In this document: positions 18,006 through 27,080 of the stretch, in pieces
Layout: each line of letters opens with the position of its first letter
Position numbering within the stretch: position 1 is the stretch's first letter
Assembly (NCBI GenBank): GCA_934502885.1
Contig: CAKSUT010000004.1
Location: forward strand, 39,232 to 103,231
Direction of reading: 5' to 3'
From: an uncultured Eubacteriales bacterium
GTDB lineage: Bacteria; Bacillota; Clostridia; Oscillospirales; CAG-382
Length of the DNA stretch: 64,000 nt
Notes under the pieces: model-generated
Databases searched by the model: none
What the model was told of the DNA's origin: nothing
Seen by the model: the letters and a program-made list of their open reading frames with translations, nothing else
Position numbers and translations under genes: made by a program

Positions 18006-18116
18006 AAACTAACAAGTATTAGCGCAAAGACGGTGATTGACAAAGGACGGACAATGAGAGAATTATCTGAATAGGATTATGATTTGCGGCTGACTGCACG
18101 CAGAGAAAGGAACGGT

Positions 18117-18737
18117 ATGGTAAGAGAAGTAAATCCCGATGAAACCAAACGCGCCGAGGCTTTCAGGCTTTGGATGAATGCGCCGAATCCCATGGTGACA
18201 GTATTTAAAACGATAGATGTTACAAACGTATTAAGATACGGCAAAAGAAACAGCTTCAAATTCAATATGCTGATGTGCCGGTGCATAGGGAAAGCCGCAA
18301 ACGCAATGGAGGAATTCTTCCTTTTGCCTGTCGGCGGAAAGCTCATGAAGTATGACAGCATCGCGGTGAACACTATCGTTAAAAACAAGACAGGCGAGGT
18401 CAGCTCCTGCGACATTGAATACAGCGGCGACCTTGCGCGGTTCAATGAGGACTATCTGTATTATACCGATAAGGTGAGAAACACCTGCGAGAACCGCGAC
18501 CTTAACGAATGCATGGTGATAGGAACATCGGTGCTGAGCGAATATGACATAGACGGAGTTGTCGGAATGTACAGCGGAATTTACAATAATCCTTTCGTTT
18601 TCTGGGGACGGTACAATAAGGGATTTTTCAAAACCACGCTGAAAATTTCCTTTCAGTTTCACCATACGCAAATGGACGGTGCGCACGCCGGCAAATTTCT
18701 GGAACTTCTTCAAAATAACATAAACGAACTGAAATGA
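18117..18737 (+). CDS. CatA-like O-acetyltransferase family protein (divergent)
   Basis: CAT-fold C-terminal motif ISFQFHHTQMDGAHAGKF (HHxxxDG). ~206 aa. RBS AAAGGAA lies before the ATG. Confidence 0.7.
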   Translation: MVREVNPDETKRAEAFRLWMNAPNPMVTVFKTIDVTNVLRYGKRNSFKFNMLMCRCIGKAANAMEEFFLLPVGGKLMKYDSIAVNTIVKNKTGEVSSCDIEYSGDLARFNEDYLYYTDKVRNTCENRDLNECMVIGTSVLSEYDIDGVVGMYSGIYNNPFVFWGRYNKGFFKTTLKISFQFHHTQMDGAHAGKFLELLQNNINELK

Positions 18738-18744
18738 GGTATAT

Positions 18745-19401
18745 ATGAACTACAAAGTAATTGACAGAGACAAATACTACAGAAAAGGCGTATTCCGACA
18801 CTTTTCCGAGGACTGCAAGTGTTCGACGTCTATGACGGCTCGGATTGACGTCACGTCGCTTCGGAAGTATTCCAAAGAGGTCGGTACGAAATTCTACATA
18901 AACTTTCTGTACATTCTCGCAAAGGTTTTGAATTCTCGCGACGATTACAGAATGGGTTATCTTTGGAAAACTGATACTCTTATCTGCTACGACAAGATAA
19001 ACCCAACGCAATACATTTTCCACGACGACACGGAAACCTGCACTCCGGTTTACACCGAGTATTACGAAGACTACGGTAAGTTTTACGCAGAGTGCGCACA
19101 AGATATCAAGAGAGCGAAACAGACGCGCGAATACGGACTCGATATGGCAAACCACCCGAATTGGTTCGATGCGTCGTACATATCGTGGCTCAGTTACGAT
19201 TCACTCAACATAGAGCTGCCCGACGGAAACCTTTTCTTTGCGCCTATAATCAACTGGGGAAAATACAGGGAGGAAAACGGACGGTTTATGATGCCTGTCA
19301 CAGTGAGACTCAATCACGCAATAGCCGACGGATACCTTGTTGCAAAGGTGTTCGGACTGCTCGAAGAGGAGATCGAAAGGTTCACTTCAGAGAATCAATG
19401 A
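18745..19401 (+). CDS. Type-A chloramphenicol O-acetyltransferase family protein
   Basis: Collinear with classical CatA: FYINFLYILAKVLN, FFAPIINWGKY and MMPVTVRLNHAIADGY. The catalytic His is retained, but the first His of the HH pair is Asn. Confidence 0.8.
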   Translation: MNYKVIDRDKYYRKGVFRHFSEDCKCSTSMTARIDVTSLRKYSKEVGTKFYINFLYILAKVLNSRDDYRMGYLWKTDTLICYDKINPTQYIFHDDTETCTPVYTEYYEDYGKFYAECAQDIKRAKQTREYGLDMANHPNWFDASYISWLSYDSLNIELPDGNLFFAPIINWGKYREENGRFMMPVTVRLNHAIADGYLVAKVFGLLEEEIERFTSENQ

Positions 19402-19420
19402 CACCACAATGATACGACTA

Positions 19421-19453
19421 AGTCTCCCACACCGCAGCGCGGTGTGGGAGACT
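19421..19453 (+). terminator. Hairpin terminator between convergent CAT-like and acyltransferase genes
   Basis: 14-bp perfect stem AGTCTCCCACACCG/CGGTGTGGGAGACT with a 5-nt loop. The T tail is weak (GTTTGCTT). Confidence 0.6.
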
Positions 19454-19544
19454 GTTTGCTTAAAAGATCCAAACTCCGTCGATTTACAAGAACTTTTTTG
19501 ATTTGCATCGTTCTCTGCTTCCGCAACAGGCGAAATTTTGCATC

Positions 19545-21362
19545 TCACCATTCTTCGTTCATGTCAATTTCCGCAAGCTTTTCGCGGTATGCACCGACAC
19601 TGTACGTGTCGCGAACCTCGACTTTTGCTCCCGTTTTCAGAGTGAATGCGGTGAGTCCGTAGTCGCGTCCGTTGTCGAACCAATCGTAGAAGTAACCGAG
19701 CTTCGTGAAAAGCATTCCGTCCGACTCCGCCTGAGAACGGGACAACTCGAAAGTTTCTTTGTTTTCGGACGGCGTGAAATCGGAAAAGGACGTCGGCTGA
19801 CGCGATATGTCGCCGTCGGCAACCGGTCGCACAAGATCTTTCGGATATACCCACATAAGGCTTATGCTGTCGCAGTCGGTGTCGGGAGACATACCCAGAA
19901 GCTGTTTTAGGCGAAGCGCAAAGTCTTCGGGGTATTTTCCTTCAAGGTCGAACCATTCCTTCATTTCGGCAGGGAGAAATACAAAGCGTGCTTTGTCGTT
20001 GAGAACAAGCTTTGCACCTTTTGTGAAACGTTCCTTCTCATCGTGGAAAAGTCCGACAAGAACACGACCGCTTTCGTCGTAAACGGCGTGAGGACTGTCG
20101 GGAGCGACGCACGCAAGAAGACTCCGCTCGCTTTCTTCGGCAACCGTGCAGTCGTCCTTTGCGGCAAGGTAGAGAGCTTTGTCGCTGTCAAGCTCAACAG
20201 AAGCGAAAAGCGCGAGAATTATGCAGACGGTGAGAATTGCCGCGACGGCTCTCACAATCGGCGACGTAAGCTTGGCAAAAAAGGCTTTGTATTTGTCGAA
20301 TACGAAACGCTTGACGCAGGAGAACAGAAGCGTCGCCGCAAATACCGCCGCAACGGTCAGAGGGAAAAGCTTTACCTCATGCATTCCGAACGATTCCGCG
20401 GCATTGTATATGACAATGTCCGCCGCATACGACATCATGTATATATCAAATGAAGATACTGATATTGTCTTGAAAGCCTTTGCGGCGAATGCGTTTTTTA
20501 TGTCAATATCGTAAAGAAGAAGGAAAATCAGGCAGGCGATTACAATAGTCGTAAGATCGCTTTCGGTGCCGAATATGTATCTGTTGAAGCCGGATTTTCC
20601 GTATGAGCCTGCAAACTGCAATGCCGACACACCGAGTACCGCCACGGCAAGAAGTGCCGCAAGCACGGTTTTGCGCACTTTAAGAGATTTCGACACTTCA
20701 CGCAGAAAGCTTCCGATTATGTAATAGGTTACGGGATAGAACGCTTTCCAGTACGTAGGAATGAGAATGAGTCTGTCTCCGAATGCAGGGATCACCGCTA
20801 TAGTCGAGGGAAGCGACGTCATAAAAAGGAGAATTGCCGCAAGAGCCGCCTTTTGCTTAATGTCCGGAATCGCTTTGTACATCATGTTGAGAAACGGCAT
20901 GATGAGAAAGAGTCCGATAAACATCTCAAAATACCATGAATACGTGTTTATCTGAAAGCTGAAAACGCTGTATATGAGCTTCTTGAAGCCTATTGTGTCG
21001 CCGTATACGAAAATATGCGCAAGATATGCCGCACCGACCGACAGAGCATACGTTATCCAAAGCGGAATAAGCCCGGCGTAGTGCTTTTTGCAGAAAGTTT
21101 TATTCGACTGCAAGTAGCCGGACAACAGCAAGAACAGCGGCACCGCCTCATTGAAAAGAGTACGCAGCACGATAAGCGCGAAATATCCGACGGAAGCGGA
21201 GGGAGTCATTTCACCGCCGATATCGTAAAAGCCGAGAAGCATGAAAGAATGGACGGCGAGAACCGAGAATACCGCATATGTGCGGACGATATCAAGTCCG
21301 ACTGAACGCTTCTTCTGCGGCGCAGTCGTCTGCTCGACCGCAGGGGAGAGTGAAATCTGCAT
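19545..21362 (-). CDS. Acyltransferase-3 (AT3/OafA-type) membrane protein with ~230-aa C-terminal extracytoplasmic domain of unknown family
   Basis: N-terminal GLDIVRTYAVFSVLAVH plus ~10 TM helices, as in acyltransferase family 3. Start trimmed to ATG 21362, which has AAGGAGG 7 nt upstream. The C-terminal domain lacks an SGNH GDS motif. Confidence 0.8.
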   Translation of the reverse strand: MQISLSPAVEQTTAPQKKRSVGLDIVRTYAVFSVLAVHSFMLLGFYDIGGEMTPSASVGYFALIVLRTLFNEAVPLFLLLSGYLQSNKTFCKKHYAGLIPLWITYALSVGAAYLAHIFVYGDTIGFKKLIYSVFSFQINTYSWYFEMFIGLFLIMPFLNMMYKAIPDIKQKAALAAILLFMTSLPSTIAVIPAFGDRLILIPTYWKAFYPVTYYIIGSFLREVSKSLKVRKTVLAALLAVAVLGVSALQFAGSYGKSGFNRYIFGTESDLTTIVIACLIFLLLYDIDIKNAFAAKAFKTISVSSFDIYMMSYAADIVIYNAAESFGMHEVKLFPLTVAAVFAATLLFSCVKRFVFDKYKAFFAKLTSPIVRAVAAILTVCIILALFASVELDSDKALYLAAKDDCTVAEESERSLLACVAPDSPHAVYDESGRVLVGLFHDEKERFTKGAKLVLNDKARFVFLPAEMKEWFDLEGKYPEDFALRLKQLLGMSPDTDCDSISLMWVYPKDLVRPVADGDISRQPTSFSDFTPSENKETFELSRSQAESDGMLFTKLGYFYDWFDNGRDYGLTAFTLKTGAKVEVRDTYSVGAYREKLAEIDMNEEW

Positions 21363-21468
21363 ATGTACCTCCTTTGATATTAGCTTAACTGCATTATCGA
21401 GTATACCATAAAATCTTGTATATGTCAACCTCGCCGACACAATTCACTCGTTTTTTCACATTTTTCGC

Positions 21469-21497
21469 TTGACAAATTCGCGGAAAGGTGTTATAAT
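21469..21497 (+). promoter_or_regulatory. Sigma-A-type promoter of the zur-znuACB operon
   Basis: TTGACA-N17-TATAAT. Confidence 0.55.
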
Positions 21498-21552
21498 ACC
21501 GAAATGAAATTGAATCCGAGTTTCAAATTAGGACTAAGGGGAATGATGCACA

Positions 21553-22056
21553 ATGAGAATAAGCGGCGGATATAAGACAAAACAGCGCGAGAGCATTCTC
21601 GAGTGTCTGCGAAGCAATCGGGATAAGCACTTTACCGCCGACGATATTGTCGAAACGCTCCGCACACAAGGTGAAAACGTGGGCAGAACTACCGTCTACA
21701 GATACCTTGACAAGCTTTGTGACGAGGGAATCGTGCGGAAATACGTCGTCGCGGACGGCGGCAGTGCGTGCTTTCAGCTCTGCTCCGAAAACTGCCGTGA
21801 GCATTTTCACCTCATGTGCGTAAAGTGCGGCAGACTCATACACACCGAATGCAGTTACCTTTCCGGTGTCGGCGAACACGTGAAGAGTAAGCACGGCTTT
21901 ACCGTAGACCCCGGGAGAACGGTGCTTTACGGCATGTGTGCGGAATGCGCGGAAAACGGCACGGACAAAACCGACTTTGCGGCGCACGGCAAAAACGAAA
22001 AGTGCTGCTGTTGCGGAAAGAATCATGCAGACGAGGATAAAAACGGAGGAGAGTAA
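21553..22056 (+). CDS. zur: Fur-family metalloregulator, probably Zur, with Cys/His-rich C-terminal tail
   Basis: Fur-family fold (TKQRESILECL...HFTADDIV...GRTTVYRYLDKL) with CxxC...CxxC structural-Zn motifs. It is the first gene of a ZnuABC-type operon. The tail ends HGKNEKCCCCGKNHADEDKNGGE. Confidence 0.75.
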   Translation: MRISGGYKTKQRESILECLRSNRDKHFTADDIVETLRTQGENVGRTTVYRYLDKLCDEGIVRKYVVADGGSACFQLCSENCREHFHLMCVKCGRLIHTECSYLSGVGEHVKSKHGFTVDPGRTVLYGMCAECAENGTDKTDFAAHGKNEKCCCCGKNHADEDKNGGE

Positions 22057-22062
22057 AAGAAC

Positions 22063-23007
22063 ATGAATAAAAGATTTGTAACTAACGTTAAGAAAATCAC
22101 GGCGGCGTTCCTTGCGGTGCTTGTGCTTCTTTTGTCGTCATGCACGAGGACCGAAAAGACGGGGGACGATAAACTGCCGATTATTACCGTGACGTCGTTT
22201 CCGCTCTGCGATATGGTCGAAAACCTTGTAGGCGACCGCGCACAGGTGATCTGCCTGCTTTCTCCGGGGGCTGAAAGCCACGACTTTGACCCGTCTGTTA
22301 AAGATATAGGAAACGTTGCAGACTCCGCACTTTTCGTATACTGCGGAAACGGACTTGAAACGTGGGCGGAGAGCCTTTTTGAAAGTGCCGGCGGAAATGC
22401 GGTGGCGGTTGACGTAAGCGAGGGCATAGAGCTTTTGCATCAGGAGAGCGGAGAACACGATGACCACGGTCATACGCACGGCGCCGATCCTCACATATGG
22501 ACAAGCCCGGAGAACATGATGAAAATGACCGATACCGTCTGTGACGCGCTCTATGAGGTTGGACTTGCCGACGAAGAACTTTACAATTCGTATAAAGAAC
22601 TGCTCGGTGAACTTGACGAACGCGCGCGTTCGCTTTCCGAAAAACAGAGCGAATGCGGCAAGACGCTGTTCTTCGGAGACGCTTTTGCTTTTCTTTACCT
22701 TATGCAAAACTACGGTTTCAAATATGTTTCAACCTACCCCGGATGCAGTGACGATGCAGAACCGTCAATCGCGAGAATATCCGAGGTCACAAAGCTCATC
22801 AAAGCGGAGCCGACACCGCCGGGGGTAATATTCCGCGCCGAAAGGTCTGAGGGAAAAATCGCATCGTCTCTTGCGGAAACCGTGGGAGCCGAGGTTCTCG
22901 AACTGCATTCGTGCCACAACCTGACGGCTGAAGAGTACGACAGCGGTGAATCGTATTTTTCGCTCATGTCCCGGAATCTCGATAACATCGAAAAAGCTCT
23001 GTCGTAA
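22063..23007 (+). CDS. znuA: Metal (zinc) ABC transporter substrate-binding lipoprotein, ZnuA/AdcA-like
   Basis: Lipobox LLSSC. Cluster A-I SBP motifs. His/acid-rich loop HQESGEHDDHGHTHGADPHIWTSP, as found in Zn-specific members. Confidence 0.85.
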   Translation: MNKRFVTNVKKITAAFLAVLVLLLSSCTRTEKTGDDKLPIITVTSFPLCDMVENLVGDRAQVICLLSPGAESHDFDPSVKDIGNVADSALFVYCGNGLETWAESLFESAGGNAVAVDVSEGIELLHQESGEHDDHGHTHGADPHIWTSPENMMKMTDTVCDALYEVGLADEELYNSYKELLGELDERARSLSEKQSECGKTLFFGDAFAFLYLMQNYGFKYVSTYPGCSDDAEPSIARISEVTKLIKAEPTPPGVIFRAERSEGKIASSLAETVGAEVLELHSCHNLTAEEYDSGESYFSLMSRNLDNIEKALS

Positions 23008-23021
23008 GGAGGTAGAAGAAT

Positions 23022-23807
23022 ATGACTGATATTTCCGAAAAAGAAGTTATATTAAAATGCGAAGGCTTGACTGTGCAGTACAACGGCTCTGTGCCGTCCG
23101 CCGAAAACGTAACCTTTGAACTGAAAAAGGGAGACAGCCTTCTGATTGTCGGTCGAAACGGCGCGGGAAAGAGTACGATTCTCAAAGGACTTCTCGGACT
23201 TGCTCCGGTAAAGTCGGGAAAGGTCGAAATTGACGACGCATACAAAAAATGTATAGGATATCTTCCGCAGCAGTCGCCGCTTCAGAAAGACTTCCCGGCT
23301 TCCGTGACCGAGGTTGTGATGTCGGGATTTATCTCGAAAAAGAGTCCGCTTTCATTCTACAACTCAAACGACAAAAGGCGTTGTGCGGAGATACTGAGCT
23401 ATCTCGGAATTCCCGGACTTGCAAAGAAATCTTACCGTGAGCTTTCGGGCGGAGAACGTCAGAGAGTGCTTCTTGCGCGTGCGCTCTGCGCCGCCATAAT
23501 GCCTGACCGCGCTGACTGCAAGTGCAGTGAGGTTTTCTGCGGAATGGGCGGAATTCTCATTCTCGACGAACCGTCGAACGGACTCGACCCCATAGCAAAC
23601 CGTATGCTCTACAATACGATAAAGAAGCTCAACCGCGACAACGGAATGACCGTCATAATGGTGTCTCACCTTGTTGGAAGCGCGGCGTCCTGCGCCAATA
23701 AGGTGCTTCACATGGGAAAGACCGTCGAATTTTTTGGAACTCTCGACGATTACCGACATACAAGACTTTACAGTACACTTACGGAAGGCGGTGAACTCCG
23801 TGATTAA
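23022..23807 (+). CDS. znuC: Metal ABC transporter ATP-binding protein (ZnuC-like)
   Basis: Walker A GRNGAGKST, signature LSGGERQR, Walker B ILILDEPS and the H-loop. It carries an extra Cys-containing insert between the signature and Walker B. Confidence 0.9.
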   Translation: MTDISEKEVILKCEGLTVQYNGSVPSAENVTFELKKGDSLLIVGRNGAGKSTILKGLLGLAPVKSGKVEIDDAYKKCIGYLPQQSPLQKDFPASVTEVVMSGFISKKSPLSFYNSNDKRRCAEILSYLGIPGLAKKSYRELSGGERQRVLLARALCAAIMPDRADCKCSEVFCGMGGILILDEPSNGLDPIANRMLYNTIKKLNRDNGMTVIMVSHLVGSAASCANKVLHMGKTVEFFGTLDDYRHTRLYSTLTEGGELRD

Positions 23808-24621
23808 CGCACTATCCTCCTTTTTTGATATCGCTCCCGGCGTTGTAAGAGGCATCGTTGTCGGCGCGCTTGTCGCAATATGCGCCTCTCTTCTCGGTAC
23901 AACTCTTGTACTCAAACGCTTTTCGATGATTGGAGACGGACTGTCGCACGTCGCGTTCGGAGCAATGGCGACTGCGGCGGCGGTCGGAGTCGCGCCTCTT
24001 TGGATAGCCGTACCTGTGGTTATAGCGGCGGCGTTTGTCCTTCTTCGCTTTTGCGGGAACGACGACGGCGCAAGAGGCGACTCTGCGGTTGCGCTTATAG
24101 CCTGCACATCGCTCGCTGTCGGCATAACCGTAATGAAGTTTGCCGGCTCTTCGGTGTCGGTCAGCAACTATATGTTCGGAAGCATTGCCGCTGTCGGTGA
24201 AACAGAGCTGTACGTCTGCCTGCCGCTTTGCATTGTCATAATTGCGGCGTTTGTGCTTCTCTACAACAACATTTTCACAGTTACCTTCGACGAAGCCTTC
24301 GCAAAGACCTCCGGCGTCAATGTTTCGCTGTATAACAGCGCAATAGCGCTCCTCACGGCTCTTACTATAGTTGTCGGCATGAAAATCATGGGTACTCTTC
24401 TCATATCCGGACTCATCATTTTTCCGTCGCTCACTGCAATGAAACTTTTCGGAAGCTTTAAAAGAGTGGTAATCGCCTCGGGCGTGATATCGCTTCTGTG
24501 CTTCGCCGCAGGACTTTCAATGTCGATAGCTTTCGACACTCCGATAGGCGCGAGTGTTATAATCGCAAACGCTGTTTTGTTTACGATGTGTTCATTATTG
24601 AGGCTCTTTCTTAAAAAATAA
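23791..24621 (+). CDS. znuB: Metal ABC transporter permease (ZnuB-like)
   Basis: ABC-3 family permease with 8-9 TM helices (LKRFSMIGDGLSHVAFG). The GTG start at 23791 or 23800 overlaps the znuC stop. The ORF-track start at 23671 was rejected because it lies inside znuC. Confidence 0.85.
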   Translation: MNSVINALSSFFDIAPGVVRGIVVGALVAICASLLGTTLVLKRFSMIGDGLSHVAFGAMATAAAVGVAPLWIAVPVVIAAAFVLLRFCGNDDGARGDSAVALIACTSLAVGITVMKFAGSSVSVSNYMFGSIAAVGETELYVCLPLCIVIIAAFVLLYNNIFTVTFDEAFAKTSGVNVSLYNSAIALLTALTIVVGMKIMGTLLISGLIIFPSLTAMKLFGSFKRVVIASGVISLLCFAAGLSMSIAFDTPIGASVIIANAVLFTMCSLLRLFLKK

Positions 24622-24665
24622 CTGTATTTTTACCTCGAAAAACGACTTTTTTTCACTCAAACCCC

Positions 24666-24694
24666 TTGACAAACGCATAAGTTGAGTGTATAAT
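24666..24694 (+). promoter_or_regulatory. Sigma-A-type promoter of yceD-rpmF
   Basis: TTGACA-N17-TATAAT. Confidence 0.55.
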
Positions 24695-24752
24695 ATCACT
24701 GTTGCGTGAGACGATGCTCACGGAAACGGACACAACGCAAAGGAGAACCGAT

Positions 24753-25295
24753 ATGGCGGAGAATACGGCAAAGTTTACAATCGATGTCACACCGGTGTAC
24801 TGCGGTGAGAAGAAGAGCATAGAGTTTTCTTATGAGCTTCCGCCCGAAAGCGTTGAGGTCGGAAACGATATAACTTTCCTCACACCCGTGACCGCTCACG
24901 GAAGCGTTACCGAAACGGTATCCGGAAACGGCGGCAGTGAAGGGTATGTTGAGCTTACACTCACGGTGTCCGCGAAGATAGGGACACATTGCGCGAGATG
25001 CCTCGAGGATATCGAGAACGATTACGAGGTAACCGCAAAGTACGGCGTTACGCCTTTCTTGCAGAACGCTGAGGAAAACGAAACCTGCATAATGACGGAG
25101 GAGGGACTCCTTGGTATTGCGTCGGTTGCAAGAACGCTGTTCCTTTTGAATCTTCCGTCGAGATTCCTTTGCTCCGAAGATTGCAAGGGAATATGTCAGG
25201 GATGCGGCGCGAACCTCAACAAAGAGCCGTGTACCTGCACGGAGAAAGAAGTCGATCCGAGACTTTCCGCCTTGAAGAATTACTTTAAGGGTTAA
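24753..25295 (+). CDS. yceD: YceD/DUF177 family protein (ribosome large-subunit accumulation)
   Basis: Conserved position directly upstream of rpmF. C-terminal Cys cluster CSEDCKGICQGCGANLN...C.C and DPRLSALK. ATG 24753 follows AAAGGAGAA. Confidence 0.8.
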   Translation: MAENTAKFTIDVTPVYCGEKKSIEFSYELPPESVEVGNDITFLTPVTAHGSVTETVSGNGGSEGYVELTLTVSAKIGTHCARCLEDIENDYEVTAKYGVTPFLQNAEENETCIMTEEGLLGIASVARTLFLLNLPSRFLCSEDCKGICQGCGANLNKEPCTCTEKEVDPRLSALKNYFKG

Positions 25296-25339
25296 GTATA
25301 CAGTAACCGCCGAGGCGGTAAAACAAAGGAGGTGCCACA

Positions 25340-25540
25340 ATGGCAGTACCGAAGAGAAAAGTATCCAAAGCCAGAAGAGACAAGAGACGCAGCAATGTGT
25401 GGAAGCTCTCTCTGCCGGGTATCACAAAGTGCCCTCAGTGCGGTGAGTTCATCCTCTCTCACAGAGTTTGCAAGAACTGCGGAACGTACAAGGGTAAGGA
25501 TTACTCTGCAAAAGCAACTACCGAAGAAAAGAAGAACTAA
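25340..25540 (+). CDS. rpmF: 50S ribosomal protein L32
   Basis: [17 protein letters not shown]... followed by [15 protein letters not shown] zinc ribbon. RBS AAGGAGG. Confidence 0.95.
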   Translation: MAVPKRKVSKARRDKRRSNVWKLSLPGITKCPQCGEFILSHRVCKNCGTYKGKDYSAKATTEEKKN

Positions 25541-25637
25541 TCGGTTTGAGAATCTTCAAAACAAAGCTGCACGGTCGCCGGTTTCGGTTTCCGTGCTTTT
25601 GTTTTGAAATACAAGAACATAAAACGGGAGGCATCTG

Positions 25638-26960
25638 ATGGTAAAGATTAAGGCGGTCGAAAAGGGTACATATGCCGACAAAGCCGGGATAAAAAGCGGC
25701 GATGTTCTTGTATCCATAAACGGAAACAGCATTACGGATGTCCTTGATTACCGTTTTTACATGATAGATAAAAAGCTTGCCTTGGGTATCTGCCGCGACG
25801 GTGAGCAGCTCACTTTCAATCTCCGCAAGAAGGACGAGTACGACGAACTCGGACTTGAGTTCGAGACGTACCTTATGGACGAAAAGCATTCGTGCCGCAA
25901 TAAGTGCGTGTTCTGTTTTATAGACCAGAATCCCGAAGGAATGCGCGAGAGCATATACTTCAAGGACGACGACTCCCGTCTTTCATTCTTCTTCGGAAAC
26001 TACGTAACGCTCACAAATCTCAAGGACGAGGATGTTGCGAGAATTATAAAAATGCGCATTTCTCCCGTCAATATATCCGTGCATACGACAAATCCGGAGC
26101 TTCGTGTGAAAATGATGAACAACCGCTTTGCCGGTGAGTCGCTTCGATTTCTAGACGAATTTCAAAAAGGCGAGATAGAGATGAACTGTCAGATAGTGCT
26201 TTGCAGAGGACTTAACGACGGAAAAGAGCTTGAACGGAGCGTTGCCGACCTTTCGGCACGTTTTCCGTATGTTTCGAGTATCGCCGTTGTGCCGTCGGGA
26301 CTCACAAAGTACCGCGAGGGACTGTATTCGCTCGCACCGTTTACAAAAGAGGATGCCGGTGATGTAATTGATATCGTCGAACGTCTCGGAAAAGAGAATC
26401 TCGAAAAGTTCGGTCAGCGTATCGTTTACGCCTCCGACGAATGGTATCTCACCGCCGAACGGGAAATGCCGTGTTCCGAATATTATGAGGACTTCCCTCA
26501 GCTCGATAACGGCGTCGGCATGATCCGCTCAATGGGAGACGAAATAGACGACGAACTTGTTTTCGTTAAGGAAAACGGCTTTAAACTCGAGAACGAACGC
26601 CGTATTTCGGTCGTAACGGGGGAGGCGGCGTATGACTTTATAGCTGAGTCCGCAAAGAAAGTGTGCGACGCCGTTCCGGGACTTAAGTGCAATGTCTATT
26701 GCGCAAAAAATTACTTTTTCGGCGGCACTGTAACGGTTGCGGGACTCCTCACAGGCAGCGACCTTATCACCGCTCTCGACGGAAAAGACCTCGGCGAAGA
26801 GCTGTTTATTCCGTCTGTAATGCTGCGCCACGAGGGCGACCTTTTCCTTGATAACATGAGCCTCGATGAACTTTCCGAAAGGCTCGGAATCCCGATAACT
26901 CCCACCGAAAGCACAGGCGAAGCGTTCGTGAAAGCTCTTGTCGGAGAGGATTATTTGTAA
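25638..26960 (+). CDS. PDZ + radical-SAM protein of the DUF512 family (function unknown)
   Basis: N-terminal PDZ (AGIKSGDVLVSINGNSITD), a radical-SAM CxxxCxxC (CRNKCVFC) and a DUF512-like C-terminal part. Confidence 0.8.
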   Translation: MVKIKAVEKGTYADKAGIKSGDVLVSINGNSITDVLDYRFYMIDKKLALGICRDGEQLTFNLRKKDEYDELGLEFETYLMDEKHSCRNKCVFCFIDQNPEGMRESIYFKDDDSRLSFFFGNYVTLTNLKDEDVARIIKMRISPVNISVHTTNPELRVKMMNNRFAGESLRFLDEFQKGEIEMNCQIVLCRGLNDGKELERSVADLSARFPYVSSIAVVPSGLTKYREGLYSLAPFTKEDAGDVIDIVERLGKENLEKFGQRIVYASDEWYLTAEREMPCSEYYEDFPQLDNGVGMIRSMGDEIDDELVFVKENGFKLENERRISVVTGEAAYDFIAESAKKVCDAVPGLKCNVYCAKNYFFGGTVTVAGLLTGSDLITALDGKDLGEELFIPSVMLRHEGDLFLDNMSLDELSERLGIPITPTESTGEAFVKALVGEDYL

Positions 26961-26975
26961 AATTTCTCGGCAATA

Positions 26976-27004
26976 TTGACATTTCATTTACCGTATGCTA
27001 TAAT
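26976..27004 (+). promoter_or_regulatory. Sigma-A-type promoter
   Basis: TTGACA-N17-TATAAT. Confidence 0.55.
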
Positions 27005-27080
27005 GAAAACGTGATCGGGGACGGCACCCATAAGAAAAAACGGCATCGCAAAACACATTTACAATAGGGGGAAGACACCC

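Noticed and set aside
21498-21552. Zur/Fur box in the zur leader
   Set aside because: The only symmetry is a weak TGAAA-N11-TTTCA. There is no 7-1-7 or 9-1-9 AT-rich palindrome of the known Zur or Fur type.
25332-25607. 91-aa ORF overlapping rpmF in another frame
   Set aside because: rpmF (L32) is unambiguous. The overlapping ORF is Arg/Ser-rich, has no RBS and is a frame artefact.
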